IMG/VR virus record: IMGVR_UViG_3300045988_128165
Length of the DNA: 64,000 bases
Direction: 5' to 3' (one strand)
Origin: a virus
The notes under the pieces: generated by a model
Databases searched by the model: none
What the model was told of the DNA's origin: nothing
The model's input: the letters and a program-made list of their open reading frames with translations, nothing else
Part shown: positions 9,409-18,101 of the stretch, in pieces
How the letters are laid out: each line of letters opens with the position of its first letter
How positions within the stretch are numbered: position 1 is the first letter of the stretch
Translations under genes and position numbers: made by a program

Positions 9409-10095
9409 ATGACAAAAGAAAAGAAATTCTTGACTAAAGAAGAGTATGTTGATTATCTTGCCAACAAGTCAGATGAAGTGCATCTGAGTACATCAAACAG
9501 AAAGACCGGTGGATGCTGCAATGACTTGGCTTTCCCGACTTGTACGTGCCGTGATGATGCACCTTGCAAGCATGGCGGATGCTATTGTATGAAAGGAACG
9601 CAGCAAATGAGTTCTGTTTTGGCTGCATATACAAGAAATCTCAGACTGTACAATACAGACCCGCAGGATTTTTGGGAACAGGTTGTGTTTAAGGTGAAGC
9701 ATAATCCGCTTCCACTATTTAGATTCTTTGATGCTGGGGATGTACCCGATTATGATTTCTTCTGTGGAATGGTCGAACTTGCAAGGCAATTTCCTGATAT
9801 TAAGTTCATGTCGTTCACGAAAAAATATAACATTGTGAACAAGTGGCTTACTGAGAACGGAGATCTGCCAAACAATCTCAATATTATTTTCTCTGCATGG
9901 CATATTGGATGGAAGGTAGAGAATCCGTTTGGTCTTCCTATTGCATATGTGGATTTTAAAGACAAAACTCTGAATCCTGAATTCCCAAAAGAAATTACTA
10001 GTTGCCCGAATCAAAAGGATAAAACAATCACTTGCAGTAGCTGCCGCAAATGCTGGGACAAGAGAATCAAAGCAGTTAAATTTATTCAGCACTAA
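9409..10095 (+). CDS. Cys-cluster protein, function unknown
   Basis: ORF track; N- and C-terminal Cys clusters. Confidence 0.55.
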   Translation: MTKEKKFLTKEEYVDYLANKSDEVHLSTSNRKTGGCCNDLAFPTCTCRDDAPCKHGGCYCMKGTQQMSSVLAAYTRNLRLYNTDPQDFWEQVVFKVKHNPLPLFRFFDAGDVPDYDFFCGMVELARQFPDIKFMSFTKKYNIVNKWLTENGDLPNNLNIIFSAWHIGWKVENPFGLPIAYVDFKDKTLNPEFPKEITSCPNQKDKTITCSSCRKCWDKRIKAVKFIQH

Positions 10096-10109
10096 CAATA
10101 CAAAATTAT
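10095..10109 (+). repeat. motif copy ACAATACAAAATTAT
   Basis: overlaps the stop codon of 9409..10095. Confidence 0.8.
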
Positions 10110-10118
10110 TTTAAGGGT

Positions 10119-10301
10119 GTGGTATTAGTGATTATTTGTAGAAAATGTCATAAAGCAAATGACACATACAAGGAAGCAGAATTTGATTATTGGCAATGGT
10201 TTGACGCAACAGAGAATTTTGACGATCCACATGGCCGCTTCTGTGATGTATGTGGGAAAGAGTTTGAAGATGGTGAGACAGTAATCCTGGTTAACGAATA
10301 A
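10119..10301 (+). CDS. small zinc-ribbon protein
   Basis: ORF track, GTG start; CxxC ... CxxC. Confidence 0.45.
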   Translation: MVLVIICRKCHKANDTYKEAEFDYWQWFDATENFDDPHGRFCDVCGKEFEDGETVILVNE

Positions 10302-10323
10302 CAGAAAGGAAATGACATAATTT

Positions 10324-10938
10324 ATGGCAACTAAGGATTGGACAGGAAATAGTAAAGCAATTTATTCTTGCCATGGCGCAAGCAATCATAGCGAGACTGA
10401 GCGAGAGGCAAACGACTATTATGCTACGCCACCTAGTGCAGTAGAAATGCTTCTTAAGCTTGAAGATTTTAGTAAAACTATTATGGAGCCCGCTTGTGGG
10501 CAAGGGCATATTGCAGAAGTTCTTAAAGATCATGGACACAGAGTTCTTGCTACGGATTTGATTGATAGAGGATATGGAGTTGGTGGAGTAGATTTCTTTG
10601 AGATGGACAACCCTATGGATGTGGACATTGTTTCCAACCCTCCATATTCCATGGCAAAAGAATTTGTAGAACATGCAATGGATATTGTAACTGACGGACA
10701 TAAGGTAGCTATGTTTCTCAAGCTAACATTCCTCGAAGGTCAAGGACGAAGAGAACTGTTTAAGAAATATCCGCCTAAGACAGTTTATGTTTCTACTTCT
10801 CGTATTGGCTGTGCCAAAAACGGAGAATTTAAAAAGGACAAAAACGGAAACCTCAAAGCTGATTCAGCAGTAGCATATTGTTGGTACATTTGGGAAAAAG
10901 GGTTTGAGGGGAATCCTACAATCAAATGGTTTAATTAA
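10324..10938 (+). CDS. DNA N6-adenine methyltransferase (orphan)
   Basis: EPACGQG (motif I) and NPPY (motif IV); no adjacent restriction gene. Confidence 0.75.
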   Translation: MATKDWTGNSKAIYSCHGASNHSETEREANDYYATPPSAVEMLLKLEDFSKTIMEPACGQGHIAEVLKDHGHRVLATDLIDRGYGVGGVDFFEMDNPMDVDIVSNPPYSMAKEFVEHAMDIVTDGHKVAMFLKLTFLEGQGRRELFKKYPPKTVYVSTSRIGCAKNGEFKKDKNGNLKADSAVAYCWYIWEKGFEGNPTIKWFN

Positions 10939-10950
10939 GGAGGAATATAA

Positions 10951-11178
10951 ATGAATAAATATCAATATTATGTAAATAATAATCCAGTTTCAAGAAAGGA
11001 AATGATGTCAGAGCTTAAGAACAAGTGCTATAAAATTCTACACACTGAATACATTGGTGACATTGGTATCAACACAACAGAAACAGATGAAAAGAAGTTT
11101 AATAGTCTCATGAGGAAGATTGAGAAAGGACATATTGTGCTAATTGGCAATAAGACTTTTCGTAGGAAGAAAATTTAA
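10951..11178 (+). CDS. hypothetical protein
   Basis: ORF track; AGGAGG RBS. Confidence 0.55.
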   Translation: MNKYQYYVNNNPVSRKEMMSELKNKCYKILHTEYIGDIGINTTETDEKKFNSLMRKIEKGHIVLIGNKTFRRKKI

Positions 11179-11195
11179 GAAGGAAGAAGAAAAAA

Positions 11196-11450
11196 ATGAT
11201 TTATGTAAGTGCTGATTTTCAATGTCCTGTTACTGGAGTGCCGGTTATCCTTATATGGAATGAAGATACTTGTGTTGTAACAGCAAAGATTTGTGATTTT
11301 GTATGGACAACATGGAAAGAAGATAATCCGCTAGACAGCAATGAAGATTTAGAAAAGGAAACAAATAAATGGTGTCATCGATTTTATGGATACGCAACCT
11401 CTTTTGAGGAAGCAAATGATATCGCAGAAAAGTATGATTGCTGGTTTTAG
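11196..11450 (+). CDS. hypothetical protein
   Basis: ORF track. Confidence 0.55.
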   Translation: MIYVSADFQCPVTGVPVILIWNEDTCVVTAKICDFVWTTWKEDNPLDSNEDLEKETNKWCHRFYGYATSFEEANDIAEKYDCWF

Positions 11451-11463
11451 TAGAGGTGGAGGG

Positions 11464-11625
11464 ATGGAATATTATATTAAACAAATTGACAAAGCAAAGG
11501 ACATTGATGAACTAATAGAAATTGTCGAAGAACATGCAGCATTTGACGATGGAATCACTAACAAAGAATATTGCGAGATTGTTGAGTACGCCAATATGAA
11601 AATTAGAGCTTGGAGGTATGTATAG
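11464..11625 (+). CDS. hypothetical protein
   Basis: ORF track 11386..11625 trimmed to the ATG behind GGTGGAGGG. Confidence 0.5.
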   Translation: MEYYIKQIDKAKDIDELIEIVEEHAAFDDGITNKEYCEIVEYANMKIRAWRYV

Positions 11626-11698
11626 CTATATGTCAAAAGAATATAATCTTGTTGAAAAGGCAAATGAGCCGCTCCATGTATAGTAAAGGAGGCTAATC

Positions 11699-12067
11699 AT
11701 GAAAAATTGGTGGAGAATTCCGGCAACACAAGATGCAGAGTATGATGAATACGATTACTGTTATACGGAACTTCCGAAAGACGAAGCGAGATGGGAATGG
11801 TATTACAGAAAGTGTGATAGCTGCGGGAAATATCATCGGTTAAATTTCTACTCTAATCAGTGGTTTTATACTATGGATGGTGGAGATTCGCTTGATTATA
11901 CAAGCTGCTGGAAATGTGAGTTTGGTGATATGATTTGTGGCATTAAGAATAAAATTAAAAAAGAAATTGAGGCACATAAACTTGCATTTTCTCTGCTGAA
12001 TAGAAAGCATTCTATTAAGAGAAATATTGAACATTATAAACTTGGGCTTAAGATTGCTAGGAGTTGA
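11699..12067 (+). CDS. hypothetical Cys-rich protein
   Basis: ORF track; AAGGAGG RBS. Confidence 0.55.
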   Translation: MKNWWRIPATQDAEYDEYDYCYTELPKDEARWEWYYRKCDSCGKYHRLNFYSNQWFYTMDGGDSLDYTSCWKCEFGDMICGIKNKIKKEIEAHKLAFSLLNRKHSIKRNIEHYKLGLKIARS

Positions 12068-12096
12068 GGCTCGTAAATAACGGGCCTCTTTTTTTA
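12066..12096 (+). terminator. intrinsic terminator
   Basis: 8-bp stem GAGGCTCG/CGGGCCTC followed by a T8 run. Confidence 0.75.
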
Positions 12097-12112
12097 TTGA
12101 AAGGAGATTAAT

Positions 12113-12340
12113 ATGGAAATACACTATGTAGGTAAAAAAGCTTTTCGACAACGACTTGCAGAATTTACTTATAACGACAAAGAAGAAGATAGATTCTTCG
12201 CGATTGCAAATGCAATGGAAGTGAAAGGATGGAATATTGATGTAGGAGTGCAAAATTGGGCTGCAATTGAAGTTGTTGATCGTAATGAATATGAAGAAGT
12301 AAAGTCAGATTGGATAGATTTAAAAAAAGCAATTAAATAA
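12113..12340 (+). CDS. hypothetical protein
   Basis: ORF track; AAGGAG RBS. Confidence 0.55.
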   Translation: MEIHYVGKKAFRQRLAEFTYNDKEEDRFFAIANAMEVKGWNIDVGVQNWAAIEVVDRNEYEEVKSDWIDLKKAIK

Positions 12341-12387
12341 ATTGACAGAATATTATTTATACACAAAATATATTTTGATGAACAGTC

Positions 12388-12416
12388 TTGACAAAACAAA
12401 ATTATAGCAGTATAAT
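12388..12416 (+). promoter_or_regulatory. sigma-A-type promoter with motif variant in the spacer
   Basis: TTGACA, 17 nt (AAACAAAATTATAGCAG), then TATAAT. Confidence 0.7.
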
Positions 12417-12445
12417 AGCAGTAAAGAAATGATTATAGTATTTGA

Positions 12446-12691
12446 ATGGAGGTATTTCTTATGAACAACCAACGCAGAAAAAAAATAGAAATTCTATCCA
12501 CGGAAATTGAAAAACTTAGTAATCGTATCCAAGATATTTGTGACGAGGAACAAGAATGTTTGGATAATATGCCAGAAAATTTACAAGGAACTGATAGGTA
12601 TAGCAAGGCAGAAGAATGCTGTGAACAGCTTGAAGAATGTATTGATTTGCTTAGTGAAGTGATTGATATCATGGAGGAGGTCGTAACGTAA
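12446..12691 (+). CDS. hypothetical acidic coiled-coil protein
   Basis: ORF track; GGAGG RBS. Confidence 0.55.
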   Translation: MEVFLMNNQRRKKIEILSTEIEKLSNRIQDICDEEQECLDNMPENLQGTDRYSKAEECCEQLEECIDLLSEVIDIMEEVVT

Positions 12692-13174
12692 ATGAATAAT
12701 GGCGTCATGTGTGATTATTTTGAATATAATGGCGTAAGATATTATACGAGCTCAAAATTTAAATGCAATAATTTTGTCAAGACAAACGTTCAACTTTTTC
12801 CAGAAATTGAAGTTACATTTGTCAAGTATAACAAAAAGTCTAATATTTGTCGCATTCGTAGTAATGTTGCTATGTGTGAATTTGAGTTTCCGCTTAGTAC
12901 TTTTACAGACAATATTATTTGCGTTACTTGTCCTAAGACAAAAGAAGTCGTAGATAAAACAAATGAAAAATATGAAAATGACAAACAATATTATCACTGG
13001 GTAGAAGACGGAGAAGATTGCTATAAGGCAAAACCAGATGTTATTGGACTTGGGTGGGTGTGGTACATTTCTCTTATGGCAGTAGCGACGATCTTTAATG
13101 GAGCTATTGGACTCTGGGCTCTTATTACAGTTGGTTTTGTAAAATGGAGAAAAAAGAAAATTAAGGAGGGATAA
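12692..13174 (+). CDS. membrane-anchored protein (C-terminal TM)
   Basis: ORF track; hydrophobic LGWVWYISLMAVATIFNGAIGLWALITVGFV. Confidence 0.55.
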   Translation: MNNGVMCDYFEYNGVRYYTSSKFKCNNFVKTNVQLFPEIEVTFVKYNKKSNICRIRSNVAMCEFEFPLSTFTDNIICVTCPKTKEVVDKTNEKYENDKQYYHWVEDGEDCYKAKPDVIGLGWVWYISLMAVATIFNGAIGLWALITVGFVKWRKKKIKEG

Positions 13175-13176
13175 AA

Positions 13177-14151
13177 ATGACAGGCAGAACTGAAAAAGAA
13201 ATTGCGTCAACTAAAAGAATGCAAGGAAAATTGAAAGAACTTCCTAAAATCTTTTCTGAATTTTATTATTATATGTGTTCAACAAAATCTTATACAACAG
13301 TTGAAAGATATATTGCATATGTAAGGGAATTTGCAGAATTCTTGAATGATGGGGACATTCCAAATAACTTTTACAAGAGAGTTACTCCGCTAGATATTAA
13401 CAAATATTTTGCGGCAATGAAGAATAAAGAAAGCGCACATGGGCATTATAATACAAGTGACAGCATTCGTGCGACAAAATGGTCTGCGCTGAATACTTTC
13501 TTTGGATTTCTTAAGAGTAATAACTATATTGCAAATAATCCAATGGAGAGAACGGAGCGTCCAAAAGTTCAAGATAGACCAGACGTTGCTTATTTGACAG
13601 AAGAAGAAATTCAGGCAATGCTGGACAATGTTAACAAACTTGCAAGCACAAAAATGAAAAACAGAGATCTGGCGATTATTATGCTTGGACTTACAACTGG
13701 ACTTCGTGTCTCAGCCATTACGCAAATTGATATTAGCGATATTGATTTTAAAAATAATACCATTAAGGTAATTGAAAAAAGAGGAAAAACATGCAACATT
13801 CTTATTGGCGACAAGGTAAAAGAACAGATCGAATTGTGGCTTCAAGATAGAAAAAAATATTTTAGCATGACAGATTCCGATGCGCTGTTTATTTCTAGTT
13901 TTAAGAAAAGAATTACTAGAGATGGAATTAGAGTGATCCTAGAGAAGTATAGTAAAGATGTTACAAATAAGCATGTTACTCCACATGTGCTAAGGCATTC
14001 TTGTGCAACAAATCTGTATGAGAAAACAGGAGATATTTATCTTTGTGCGACAGTGCTAAATCATAAAAATATTGCTACTACTATGAGATATGCAAGTATG
14101 TCTAAAGACAAAAAACAGAAAGCAGCGAACATTTTGAATGATATGATTTAA
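13177..14151 (+). CDS. tyrosine recombinase, XerC/D-like
   Basis: TGLRVSA (Arg I), HVLRHSCAT (HxxR), NHKNIATTMRY (His/Tyr). Confidence 0.8.
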   Translation: MTGRTEKEIASTKRMQGKLKELPKIFSEFYYYMCSTKSYTTVERYIAYVREFAEFLNDGDIPNNFYKRVTPLDINKYFAAMKNKESAHGHYNTSDSIRATKWSALNTFFGFLKSNNYIANNPMERTERPKVQDRPDVAYLTEEEIQAMLDNVNKLASTKMKNRDLAIIMLGLTTGLRVSAITQIDISDIDFKNNTIKVIEKRGKTCNILIGDKVKEQIELWLQDRKKYFSMTDSDALFISSFKKRITRDGIRVILEKYSKDVTNKHVTPHVLRHSCATNLYEKTGDIYLCATVLNHKNIATTMRYASMSKDKKQKAANILNDMI

Positions 14152-14157
14152 TAAGAT

Positions 14158-14186
14158 TTGACAATTATAATTTTGTACTGTACAAT
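14158..14186 (+). promoter_or_regulatory. sigma-A-type promoter with inverted motif in the spacer
   Basis: TTGACA, 17 nt containing ATAATTTTGTAC, then TACAAT. Confidence 0.65.
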
Positions 14187-14223
14187 ATAAAAGAAATGAA
14201 AAACTCACAAGGAGTGTGATTAT

Positions 14224-15144
14224 GTGTTCTATAATGAGGAGGTTAAAATACAATTCATAAACGATTATAAGAGAAGTAGAGTCGTTAATGAAACTTCATT
14301 AACTGGAATGTTTAACAAGATATATAAATATGAAATACAAAATAAAAAAGATTGCAATAATTTTGCAATTGAAGAAATACTGGCCATGTATCGTTGCTTC
14401 AAAGCGAAATCTGTGCACGTGCTTGAGAATTACAATGTGTATTTAAAAAGCTATGCAGCGTTTTGTATGCATTATGGTTTTGGCATGGAAAACAATTACT
14501 CAAATATTAGTAAGGCCATGCTGCAAGAATGTCTTGATGAAAATATAATTAAACAAAAGTTCTTGACAAGGGAACAGTTTGACGAGGTAGAAGACGAATT
14601 ATACAACTATACAGACAAGGCGTTGCTGGAGTTACTATGGGAAGGCATTAGTGGAAAAAGCATGGAAGATATTGTTGCGTTAAAGAGAAGTATGATAAGT
14701 GAAGACAAACAATATATTTGTTTTGAAGACGGACGAAAAGTAAAGTTATCTGCAAAATTGTATAATTATTTAGACAAGGCATTTGCAGAAAAAGAATATA
14801 TGTGCTATGGGGTAACTGTTAGAGTTAAACAACTAATTGGAGACGATTGTTTATACAAGGAAATGGATAATGCGTATACAGTAGACTCTGATGATAAGTT
14901 TTTCCGTTGGGTATATAGAAGAATTCAGACATATAGGAAGCACGTAGGATTGCCATTGCTTACTATGAAGACAATTGCGGCGTCAGGGCTTTTATATAAA
15001 ATTAAACAAGCAATGGAAAAGAATAATCTTGGGCTAAGAGAATTTTTATATACAGAGGAAGGCAAAGCATTGGCACAGCAATATGGATACAAGTTAAATT
15101 CATATGTTGATGTTATTGCCAACAAGTTTGCAAGTCTGGTGTAG
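14224..15144 (+). CDS. 306-aa protein adjacent to the recombinase; candidate regulator, function unproven
   Basis: ORF track, GTG start 9 nt after AAGGAG; no catalytic recombinase motifs seen. Confidence 0.5.
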   Translation: MFYNEEVKIQFINDYKRSRVVNETSLTGMFNKIYKYEIQNKKDCNNFAIEEILAMYRCFKAKSVHVLENYNVYLKSYAAFCMHYGFGMENNYSNISKAMLQECLDENIIKQKFLTREQFDEVEDELYNYTDKALLELLWEGISGKSMEDIVALKRSMISEDKQYICFEDGRKVKLSAKLYNYLDKAFAEKEYMCYGVTVRVKQLIGDDCLYKEMDNAYTVDSDDKFFRWVYRRIQTYRKHVGLPLLTMKTIAASGLLYKIKQAMEKNNLGLREFLYTEEGKALAQQYGYKLNSYVDVIANKFASLV

Positions 15145-15176
15145 GCCGTATTATTGCGGTCTATAATTTTCTTTTG
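15143..15176 (+). terminator. intrinsic terminator
   Basis: AGGCCG/CGGTCT stem followed by a T-rich tract. Confidence 0.55.
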
Positions 15177-15180
15177 TTCA

Positions 15181-15195
15181 ACAATACAAAATTAT
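15181..15195 (+). repeat. motif copy ACAATACAAAATTAT
   Basis: between a terminator and the next promoter. Confidence 0.8.
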
Positions 15196-15208
15196 AATTA
15201 AAAAGTAG

Positions 15209-15237
15209 TTGCCGAACATACGTTTTTATTGTATAAT
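15209..15237 (+). promoter_or_regulatory. sigma-A-type promoter
   Basis: TTGCCG, 17 nt, TATAAT. Confidence 0.6.
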
Positions 15238-15299
15238 TTTTGTATAAGAGAGAAGCAAAGGTAAATTATTTTACATTACAAAAGGGGAGACATAATTTT

Positions 15300-15551
15300 A
15301 TGGAAAAGAAAATTGTAAATGACTTACATAATCTAAATGGTAAGAATGGGGAAATAACAATACATCATGATTGGTATGGAAATCAAAAAATTAGGGGAAT
15401 TTTCCATATTATTGATGATGGAGAAAGGATTGGTGTTAAATTGAAAGATAATGAAATCTTTTTATGGAACAATGAAATTACAAACATTGAGGTAAGTGGA
15501 AATTACGCAATGATCAAAGGGGAGTCCATGCAAATTAAAATCGAAATATAA
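15300..15551 (+). CDS. hypothetical protein
   Basis: ORF track 15240..15551 trimmed to the ATG behind GGGGAG. Confidence 0.5.
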   Translation: MEKKIVNDLHNLNGKNGEITIHHDWYGNQKIRGIFHIIDDGERIGVKLKDNEIFLWNNEITNIEVSGNYAMIKGESMQIKIEI

Positions 15552-15576
15552 AATTTTTCGCTCTCTGATAAAAAGC

Positions 15577-15605
15577 TTGACAAGACACAATTATTATGGT
15601 ATAAT
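15577..15605 (+). promoter_or_regulatory. sigma-A-type promoter with motif-like spacer
   Basis: TTGACA, 17 nt (AGACACAATTATTATGG), then TATAAT. Confidence 0.7.
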
Positions 15606-15623
15606 GCAATCGTAATGAGATGT

Positions 15624-15636
15624 AATACAAAATTAT
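15624..15636 (+). repeat. motif copy AATACAAAATTAT in the leader
   Basis: about 19 nt downstream of the -10 box. Confidence 0.75.
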
Positions 15637-15674
15637 AGTCTTTTCAATTGTTAAGAAAGGGGGATGAATAATGA

Positions 15675-15884
15675 ATGAAATCAGAGAGCGTCAATGTTCA
15701 ATGCCAGAAATGTGGAACAATTTTTCAGGTTGATGAACGAAATAATTATATTGAGTATTTATATATACAAGCGAAATGTCCATGCTGTGAGCACGAAAAT
15801 GATATGTTGAATATAGGGAAAGACATTTTAGATAAATACACATATTATAATGTGGTCATGGATGAAAGATATTATAGGTATTAA
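15675..15884 (+). CDS. small zinc-ribbon protein
   Basis: ORF track; CxxC ... CPCC. Confidence 0.55.
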   Translation: MKSESVNVQCQKCGTIFQVDERNNYIEYLYIQAKCPCCEHENDMLNIGKDILDKYTYYNVVMDERYYRY

Positions 15885-15899
15885 TTTTTATTTTATTAA

Positions 15900-15914
15900 A
15901 CAATACAAAATTAT
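15900..15914 (+). repeat. motif copy ACAATACAAAATTAT
   Basis: 22 nt upstream of ATG 15937. Confidence 0.8.
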
Positions 15915-15936
15915 AGGAAAAGGAGACTAATAAGAC

Positions 15937-17010
15937 ATGGCAAACAAACTTTTTGAACTTCCACAAACCAAGGGAACCTTTCAGGTTAGAGGAATTGTAA
16001 GCGGAGTAGAGAAGGATAACTTCTATACAGAAAAGAAGACCAAGACAGGCAAGGATTTCCGTATGGTTAACTTTGGCGTAGAATATGAAGACAAGAAGAC
16101 AATTTATCCTTCGCTTAATGGTATGCCGCGCGATAAGGTATATTTTAGTAAGAAGGATGAAGATGGCAAGACTGACGTTAAGGCCGTTGCTTGGAAGGAT
16201 AGAATTAAGAATGCACCAGAGGGATATCGTATGATTGGTGTACTGACTGGGCTTAAGAAAGTTCCGGGCGATAATGGAAAGCTCAAGAATGACAATCATT
16301 ATAGAACAGAATATGATGCATGTGAATATATTAATGAGAATCTTAATGATGGTGATTCCGTTTTTGTCAAAGGGAATCTAGAATTTGGCAGTTATACTAA
16401 TAAAGATGGAGAAGTCTCTCGTACCACAAAGTTTGTTCCAACACAGGTTTCTCTATGTCAGAAAGATATTGACTTTGATGCGGAGGACTATGCTCCCGCT
16501 CATGATTTTACGCAGACGATTGTTTTTGTTGGTATTGATCAGGAAAGAGAAAACGACAAACCAACCGGTCGATTCGTAGTTGATGCAAAGATTGTAAATT
16601 ATAACTCTATTGAGTCTGCTGAATTTATTATTGAAGATGCAAAGCTCGCAAAGCAGATGCGCAGTGGGCTAAAGCCTTATAATTCCATTCAGGTTCATGG
16701 GCATATCAATGTTGTTAATAATGTTGAAGACGTGAATGATGAGGAAGATGATGATTGCTGGGGCGAATCTAATGATATGGACAATAAGAGAGTTTTTGCA
16801 CAGACTCATCGAGAGCTTATTATTACAGGTGCAAAGCCATCAACTATTGACAAAGACACATATACTGAAAAGGCAATTGATGAGGCAATTAAGAAGGTAA
16901 ATGCATCAAAGAAAGCAGAACAGGATTTCACTGGTAAGACAGAGCCAGCATCCAATGTGGATGATGATTGGGGAGACGATGCATCGGACGATGAAGATGA
17001 GCCATGGTAA
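15937..17010 (+). CDS. ssDNA-binding-like protein with acidic C-terminal tail
   Basis: ORF track; tail DDDWGDDASDDEDEPW; sits in the replication cluster. Confidence 0.5.
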   Translation: MANKLFELPQTKGTFQVRGIVSGVEKDNFYTEKKTKTGKDFRMVNFGVEYEDKKTIYPSLNGMPRDKVYFSKKDEDGKTDVKAVAWKDRIKNAPEGYRMIGVLTGLKKVPGDNGKLKNDNHYRTEYDACEYINENLNDGDSVFVKGNLEFGSYTNKDGEVSRTTKFVPTQVSLCQKDIDFDAEDYAPAHDFTQTIVFVGIDQERENDKPTGRFVVDAKIVNYNSIESAEFIIEDAKLAKQMRSGLKPYNSIQVHGHINVVNNVEDVNDEEDDDCWGESNDMDNKRVFAQTHRELIITGAKPSTIDKDTYTEKAIDEAIKKVNASKKAEQDFTGKTEPASNVDDDWGDDASDDEDEPW

Positions 17011-17020
17011 GAATTCATAA

Positions 17021-17050
17021 GTCTAGGGAAGAATTAAATCTTCCCTAGAC
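17021..17050 (+). terminator. 12-bp perfect hairpin, no T tract
   Basis: GTCTAGGGAAGA-loop-TCTTCCCTAGAC; 3' arm runs into the next motif copy. Confidence 0.45.
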
Positions 17051-17063
17051 AATACTAAATTAT
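17049..17063 (+). repeat. motif variant ACAATACTAAATTAT
   Basis: upstream of the GIY-YIG gene. Confidence 0.7.
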
Positions 17064-17083
17064 AGACAGCGAAGTGATGACAG

Positions 17084-18094
17084 ATGGAAGAATTAAAAGA
17101 AATGAATTCTTCCGTTGATGGGCTACAAGATACAATATATACGGAAGTAAAAGATCCATATGGATTCATTTATATCACAACGAATTTGATTGATGGCAAA
17201 AGATATTTAGGCCAAAGAAAATTCTATGGAAATTGGCAAGAATATCTTGGTAGTGGTGCAGCATTTAAACAAGCAATTGACAAATATGGAAAAGAAAATT
17301 TTGTAAGAAATGTAATTGATATTGCTTATTCTGCAGAAGAATTAAATGAAAAGGAATATAATTATAGTGTTTTCTTTAATGCGGTTGAATCTAACAATTG
17401 GTATAATCTTGTTTATGGTGGAGGAACAACGCAAGGATGGACTCCAAGTAAAGAAACAAGAAAAAAGATATCAAAAGCTGCAAAAGAAAGACTTTCAGAT
17501 CCAAATAATCATCCAATGTATAGAAGAGTAGGATTAGTAGGCGAGAATAATCCCCAGTTTAAAGTTTCTCCAAAAGAACGCATGGATGAAGAAACATATA
17601 AACAATGGTATGAAAAACATAAATTATATTGGGCAAATCCAACAACTAAAGGCAAACATATATGGATAGGAAAACAACATCCCAGTTTAGGTAAAAAATT
17701 GTCAGATGAACAAAAATTGAATCTATCAGAAAAAGCAAAAGAAAGATTTATAAATTCAAGCAATCATCCAATGTACGGAAAACATCACACAGAAGAAGCA
17801 AAGCAAAAGATGAGTGATTCTCGTAAAGGGAGTAATTGGTGGAAGTGTAGAAGAATATATTGTATAGAATTAAATCAAATTTTTTGGGGAGCAAAAGAAG
17901 TACAAAATTTATATGGATTTGATCCAAGCTCTATTACAAAGTGCTGTAGAGGCAAACAAAATTATACACATAAACATCCACAAACAGGCGAGGTATTGCA
18001 TTGGTTGTATGCGGAAGATGCAATCAAAAAAGGATATATCACACAAGAAGAGTTAGATGGATATATAAATAGTTTAAAAGGTAAAGGAGACTGA
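17084..18094 (+). CDS. GIY-YIG homing endonuclease with NUMOD3-like repeats
   Basis: GFIYITTN...YLGQ core; repeated HPMY/NPxF-K motifs. Confidence 0.8.
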   Translation: MEELKEMNSSVDGLQDTIYTEVKDPYGFIYITTNLIDGKRYLGQRKFYGNWQEYLGSGAAFKQAIDKYGKENFVRNVIDIAYSAEELNEKEYNYSVFFNAVESNNWYNLVYGGGTTQGWTPSKETRKKISKAAKERLSDPNNHPMYRRVGLVGENNPQFKVSPKERMDEETYKQWYEKHKLYWANPTTKGKHIWIGKQHPSLGKKLSDEQKLNLSEKAKERFINSSNHPMYGKHHTEEAKQKMSDSRKGSNWWKCRRIYCIELNQIFWGAKEVQNLYGFDPSSITKCCRGKQNYTHKHPQTGEVLHWLYAEDAIKKGYITQEELDGYINSLKGKGD

Positions 18095-18101
18095 TATTAT
18101 T

